From Deferrisomatales bacterium (GTDB lineage Bacteria > Desulfobacterota > Deferrisomatia > Deferrisomatales > JACRMM01): a stretch of DNA of 64,000 nt. Location: NCBI GenBank assembly GCA_033551855.1, contig JAWSUI010000003.1, forward strand, positions 64,001 through 128,000. The letters run 5' to 3'. Below the pieces are notes generated by a model. The model was not told the DNA's origin. It searched no databases and saw only the letters and a program-made list of their open reading frames with translations. Every line of letters begins with the position of its first letter. Positions within the stretch are counted from its first letter, which is position 1. Of the stretch, positions 59,555 through 64,000 are shown piece by piece. The position numbers and the translations under genes are program-made.

Positions 59555-60684
59555 CCGTTGGCTGCTTCCCGGAGCACCAACTCGGTACCCGCCGCCATCG
59601 CGTCCACGCTCAGCCGGCTCAAGGCCCGGCGGCCTCCCTCTCCAAGTCGATTCGCCAGTTCCGGGTCTTGGATCACGCGCGCGATGGCCCTGCCGAGGCC
59701 CATTGCGTCCCCTGGCCTCACGAAGAGAGCCTCTTCCCCTTCACAGAAGAACTCCCGCGCTCCCCCGGCCTCGGTAGCCACCACCGGCGCCGCCGAGGCC
59801 ATGGCCTCGGCGTAGACGAGACCAAAGCCCTCCGTGAAGGAGGGCATAACGAACACGTCTGCGCCCGCCATCATGCCCCGCACCCGGTCGTTGGGCTGCC
59901 AGCCGTGGAATGTAACTGCGGCCTCAACCCCGAGCCTGCGCGCCAGCGATGCCATTGCCGGCTGGTTGCGGTCCCTCCCCACTACGTGCAGATGGATCTC
60001 CGGATGTGCCGCCCGAAGCGCCGAGAGGGCTTCGAGGAGCACCGGCAGGCCCTTTCGTTGAAAGTTGCCCCCAACGAAGAGGAGGGCCGGCCGGCCCTCC
60101 AGGGCAATCCTCGGGACCGGGGTACCCTCGGGCAGCCCCAGGGGAACCACTCGAACCCTCGCGGGCGAAAGCCGGTAGCCCGCAATCATGGCTCGGGCGA
60201 CGTGGGCGCTGTTGGCCGCGAGGCGGGGCAGGCGCCGGTAGGTGCGTCCCTCCACGGACCGCAGAAACGCGTAGTACGCGGACCGCTTAAGACGGTCGGC
60301 GAAGAGGGCACGGGGGTACCCCTGTCCGAGCCACTCGAGGGCGTAGGCGTCGTGAACGGCCCCGGCGAGGGGCACCGGCGGTTTCCAGGCGGCCCATGCC
60401 TCCCTGGCGTCGGCGAAGAACGCGACGTCGTGCTTCGCTCCCTCCCTGCGAAGTACCCGTGCGAACGACAACCCCAATGCAAACCACCCGCCAGGGGTGG
60501 GATCCCGCCGCGGCTGGGGCACCGGAATGATACGACCTCCATCCAGGGCAACGGCTTCGTGCTCCGGTGCGACCACCGATACGTCGTGACCTCGCGCCAG
60601 CAGCGATTCGGTCAGGGCGCGGGCATACGTGCCCACTCCGCTGCGAAATGCTGCCAGTTGCTGGGTGAAAAAGAGAATGCGCAT
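59551..60684 (-). CDS. Glycosyltransferase family 4
   Basis: SGVGTY, LFVG..RKG, VMPSFTEGFGLVYAEAMA (EX7E). Confidence 0.9.
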   Translation of the reverse strand: MRILFFTQQLAAFRSGVGTYARALTESLLARGHDVSVVAPEHEAVALDGGRIIPVPQPRRDPTPGGWFALGLSFARVLRREGAKHDVAFFADAREAWAAWKPPVPLAGAVHDAYALEWLGQGYPRALFADRLKRSAYYAFLRSVEGRTYRRLPRLAANSAHVARAMIAGYRLSPARVRVVPLGLPEGTPVPRIALEGRPALLFVGGNFQRKGLPVLLEALSALRAAHPEIHLHVVGRDRNQPAMASLARRLGVEAAVTFHGWQPNDRVRGMMAGADVFVMPSFTEGFGLVYAEAMASAAPVVATEAGGAREFFCEGEEALFVRPGDAMGLGRAIARVIQDPELANRLGEGGRRALSRLSVDAMAAGTELVLREAANG

Positions 60685-60715
60685 CTGGAATTCCGTGGGG
60701 AGGTCGGGTCGCGGC

Positions 60716-62032
60716 TTACAGGGTCTCGGCTCGGATCTTCTCCCGCCGGACCTCATCCAGCAGGGCCGCCAGTTCTCCTGCCTGGGCGCGTCGAGAGTAG
60801 GGCAGGGCGGCTGCCGGGTCCCCGGTGGGAATTTCAGCCGCCTCGAACCATTCGGACAGGACGCCGGCAATTCCGGCCACGTCCTCGGGACTCCGCACCG
60901 CAACGCCGGAGAATCCGCGGAGGAATTGGGTCGTTTCGTTCTCATCGGAGACCACGAGAAGCGGTCGTCCGGCTCGGAGGTACTCGTAGGCCTTGCCCGG
61001 GATCGCGGTAGGAGCCTCCGGCGTAGGAAGCAGCAGGAGGGCGTCGGCCTTTCCCAGGAGAGCTGCAACTCTAGCCCGAGGAACGCGCTCGATCCACTCT
61101 GTCTGGTGCGCGAGGTCGAGGCGTTCTGCACGATCCAGAATCTCCTGATGGGTTGCGCCCACCTGCGTGAGGCGCAGTGTCCGGTACTTGGGTTCCTGCC
61201 GCGCGAGGAGGGCCATGGCTTCGAACACGGGCGAGGGATCTCGCCCGTCCTTGAGAGTTCCGGCATGAAGGAGCCACAGGCTCCCCGGTACTTTCGGCTG
61301 GACGGACGTCCCAGCGAAGTCCTCCTCGTCATATCCGTTTCGGACCAACGCCATGCGCTCGGCTATTTCTGGGTAGCGCCTTCGGTAGAGATCGAGACTC
61401 GCCTCGGTCACGTGGATGATGCGCGCCGCCCGACGAAGGGTCCAGCGCTCGAGAGGAAACTCGGTGAGGGCCTGGACGGGATTTCGCCGCCCCGCCAGAG
61501 CATTCCCCGCCCAGTCGTCCCGGAGGTCCGCCACGAACGGGAGCCGCGCGGCACGACCCACTGAGGCACCCAATACCAGTCCCGAGAACGGCGGGCCGCT
61601 CACGAGAACCGCCTGCGCCTGGTAGCGATGTGCCAGACGCAGTGCCTCCGGGTACGCCCGGGGCCACCACAGGACCGCGTCGTCGGGAACGAGCAGCAGG
61701 TTCTTGAGAACCCTCACGGTATGGATTCCCCAACGGCGCAAGACTCCCGCCCGGCCCAGGTTCACGGATCGGTAGGCCCGAACGAACGCCCCGTAGTGGC
61801 TCCCCGTCCGGTGGACCTGGGGGCCCCGGTGCACGTCCTCGACAAGAGATTCGTCGGGAACCTGCACAGAGAGGACAACCGGGGACCAGGGCGGCGGGAG
61901 GTACTTGAGGAGCTTTTCGATCCGCGTCGACCCGCCGGGCAGGATCACGTCGGGGAACTTGTAGGCGATCACGAGGACCCGAAGGGCCTGTGCCGTCTCC
62001 TCACCGCGTCCCCCGGGCGCGTCAGCGGCCAT
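60716..62032 (-). CDS. Glycosyltransferase family 4
   Basis: YKFP..GGSTR..KLLKYL, PD..WW, SGPPFS, DLRDDW, NGYDE, IPGKAYEYL. Confidence 0.85.
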   Translation of the reverse strand: MAADAPGGRGEETAQALRVLVIAYKFPDVILPGGSTRIEKLLKYLPPPWSPVVLSVQVPDESLVEDVHRGPQVHRTGSHYGAFVRAYRSVNLGRAGVLRRWGIHTVRVLKNLLLVPDDAVLWWPRAYPEALRLAHRYQAQAVLVSGPPFSGLVLGASVGRAARLPFVADLRDDWAGNALAGRRNPVQALTEFPLERWTLRRAARIIHVTEASLDLYRRRYPEIAERMALVRNGYDEEDFAGTSVQPKVPGSLWLLHAGTLKDGRDPSPVFEAMALLARQEPKYRTLRLTQVGATHQEILDRAERLDLAHQTEWIERVPRARVAALLGKADALLLLPTPEAPTAIPGKAYEYLRAGRPLLVVSDENETTQFLRGFSGVAVRSPEDVAGIAGVLSEWFEAAEIPTGDPAAALPYSRRAQAGELAALLDEVRREKIRAETL

Positions 62033-64000
62033 CGTCCACCATCTCGATGACCCAGTGCACGATCCCGGAGTCGGCGGCCAGCGCCAGCGCCTTCGCCGGT
62101 GCGAGGTGCCCGTACCCGGAGGAGTAGGAGGACTCCTCGACGCGCCAAAGGCCATCAGAAGACCGGAAAGCCACCCGGGCCCGCCCCACAGCCACCCAGA
62201 CCCCGTCGCCCTTCACTCTTTCCACCCGGGCGCCCGGAACCAGGTGGAACCAGAGATCCGTTCCCTCCCGAGCCATTGAGCACTCGTCGGTCCCTTCCAC
62301 CCCATCACCCCGAACGCTAAGAGTTCTGCGGTGGGGCGCTCCGAAGCCCCCATGCTCACCGACGAAGCGCTTCTCGGAGAACTCGAGGACCCGGGCACGG
62401 GCGCGTTCGGGCATGCGGAAGAGCCCTTTTCGGCCTCTCTCCCACCCATTCTGCTCCCTGCCCGGGACCGCGAGAGTGCTGTGCATGGCAGTGGAACGAA
62501 AGCAGTTTCGTTGGTCCGGAGCAGGGGTGTAGAGGTAGGTGCCCGGATCGGCCACCACTGCCTCCCCATTGACGCAAACCTCGAAGGAGAGTTGGTCGTT
62601 GTGGGCATGCCCCCCGTTGCCGTCCTGTCCCACCGGCCCACAGCGCACGGCCAGGTAAACCCGGGGTGACCGGTACACGAAGAGACCGAAATCAGGGTAA
62701 CCGAACAGCTGAAGCTCCCGGGCCGCCTTGACAGGCGATGGTCCACCTTCCGGGAGCTCCTCCCTTTTCCCCTTCCGGATTCGCACCCGTTCGGCTGTGA
62801 TGGCCTGATGGGCAGATCGATACGAAGCAGGGCGGACGTTCCCGGTCAAGGCAGCGGCCACCAAGGACTCAACTCGCCCCGCGCCCACGTAAGAGCCAAA
62901 GTCCTCGCGGCCGAACAGTCCGTTCACGGCGGCGACCAGCCCTCGCGCGTCGAGGTCTCCGTCCTCGGAGGGAGAGACGCAGTGGTCGAGCGCCAGGAAA
63001 CGCCCGCTATCGTTGTCGCCGAACTGGGCGATCCGACCGTCCGGCCGGGTGGCTTCTACGACGAACTCCGCCGCCTTCTCCAGGAGTTCGAAGTGGCTCC
63101 GGGGCAAGAAGGTCGGCGCCGGCACCCCCGGCAACTCGTAACTGGGCAGCGGGGCCGGCCGCAGCCCCGGACGGGGTCGGAACCGGCGCCTGTCATACCG
63201 GAGCAGGGCCTCTCGCTTCTGCGGGGGAAGTCCGAGCACCAGGGCGGTGGTGTAGGCCAGCATCTCGCCCGAGAGCCGGTGATACGGGACCGAGGCTTCG
63301 AAGTTCGTGCCATCCCGGTGAAACTGGTGGGCGGTCTCCCTCTCCAGTTCCTGCACCGCAAAGGCCAGCCAGGCGTCGGTCTCAGGCGTTCGGTCGAGAT
63401 ACGCAGCGGCGAAGAGGAGCCCCGCCACGTTGGCTAGGTAATGGTTGCCCACCAGGTGCGGGTTCCACTCCAAGTTGGAGGCGACGTGGCGCGCGTGTTC
63501 ATAGACGCTGCGTGCGAACACCCCGTCGAACTCCGGGTCGAAGCGGGCGCCCTGGGCGGCGAAGAGGTCCCAGGCGATCAGCCAGTTCGTCACCCGGATC
63601 CCCACGTCCATGGCCAGGACCCAGTTCGCGCCGTACCGGGGAGGGTTGGTGGCGGCGAAGTCCAGCACTTCATTGCGAAACTCTCGGGCATACACGGCAG
63701 CAGAGCTGAAACCCGGCGAATTGGCCGAGGCAGCGGTGTGGGCAAGGGCGAGCCGGGGCAGGTGCTGCATCCGGCCAAGCTCCCAGGGAACCTTGATGTC
63801 TGCCCCGGGCTGATCCCCATATCGCACGTCCTGGTACCAGACCTTCTCGGACCACCGAAAGCCGGACTTCCAGTCGAGTTGCCAGTCGATGGGCCGATAC
63901 CCGGGGTCGACGAGGGCCCACAGCCGCCTCGACTCCGGCAGGTTTGCCGGGTTTATGCGCCCCGCCAACCACCGGCCCTCCGGGTCGGCGTCCACCGACG
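62022..64000 (-). CDS. Heparinase II/III-family protein (surface polysaccharide locus), 5' part outside window
   Basis: DIKVPWELGR.QH, NHYLAN, EAS..YH, GDNDSGR, GHAHNDQLS, DPGTYLYT, FRST.MHST. Confidence 0.85.
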   Translation of the reverse strand, partial: SVDADPEGRWLAGRINPANLPESRRLWALVDPGYRPIDWQLDWKSGFRWSEKVWYQDVRYGDQPGADIKVPWELGRMQHLPRLALAHTAASANSPGFSSAAVYAREFRNEVLDFAATNPPRYGANWVLAMDVGIRVTNWLIAWDLFAAQGARFDPEFDGVFARSVYEHARHVASNLEWNPHLVGNHYLANVAGLLFAAAYLDRTPETDAWLAFAVQELERETAHQFHRDGTNFEASVPYHRLSGEMLAYTTALVLGLPPQKREALLRYDRRRFRPRPGLRPAPLPSYELPGVPAPTFLPRSHFELLEKAAEFVVEATRPDGRIAQFGDNDSGRFLALDHCVSPSEDGDLDARGLVAAVNGLFGREDFGSYVGAGRVESLVAAALTGNVRPASYRSAHQAITAERVRIRKGKREELPEGGPSPVKAARELQLFGYPDFGLFVYRSPRVYLAVRCGPVGQDGNGGHAHNDQLSFEVCVNGEAVVADPGTYLYTPAPDQRNCFRSTAMHSTLAVPGREQNGWERGRKGLFRMPERARARVLEFSEKRFVGEHGGFGAPHRRTLSVRGDGVEGTDECSMAREGTDLWFHLVPGARVERVKGDGVWVAVGRARVAFRSSDGLWRVEESSYSSGYGHLAPAKALALAADSGIVHWVIEMVDDGR

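Overview
GC-rich bacterial window whose gene content resembles an anaerobic deltaproteobacterium (Desulfobacterota/Deferrisoma-like; inferred, not searched). Left to right: rodA (partial), an orphan gene and radA. Next is a 21.6-kb minus-strand block that joins a methylmalonyl-CoA pathway (epimerase, split B12 mutase, transcarboxylase-like biotin module, XRE-cupin and IclR regulators) to a Wood-Ljungdahl cluster (fhs-acsV-cooC-acsD-cooS-acsB-acsC-acsE). Then come a beta-barrel protein, ppiD, a sigma54 two-component system with a nucleoside-phosphorylase-like gene, and a TRAP transporter with a USP gene. These are followed by iorAB, an atypical thiolase, an acyl-CoA ligase, an acyl-CoA dehydrogenase and a PAS sigma54 activator. 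The right end holds ribF-aroE-pilBTCSR with no pilA, a TfpX/TfpZ-like protein, a GT-C/TPR glycosyltransferase and a convergent glycosyltransferase cluster. The best non-annotated signals are: (i) a stand-alone ~128-nt sRNA candidate (32203-32330) with promoter, terminator and an anti-Shine-Dalgarno tract; (ii) a 17-bp pseudo-palindrome (ATARAAC-N3-GTTYTAT) in five promoter regions, probably an IclR regulon that includes the sRNA; (iii) two copies of a 209-bp MITE with 25-bp terminal inverted repeats and target-site duplications; (iv) a TfpW/TfpX-like pilin glycosylation pair at the position where pilA is expected. No rRNA, tRNA or CRISPR array was seen. All family assignments come from motif recognition by eye; no database searches were run.
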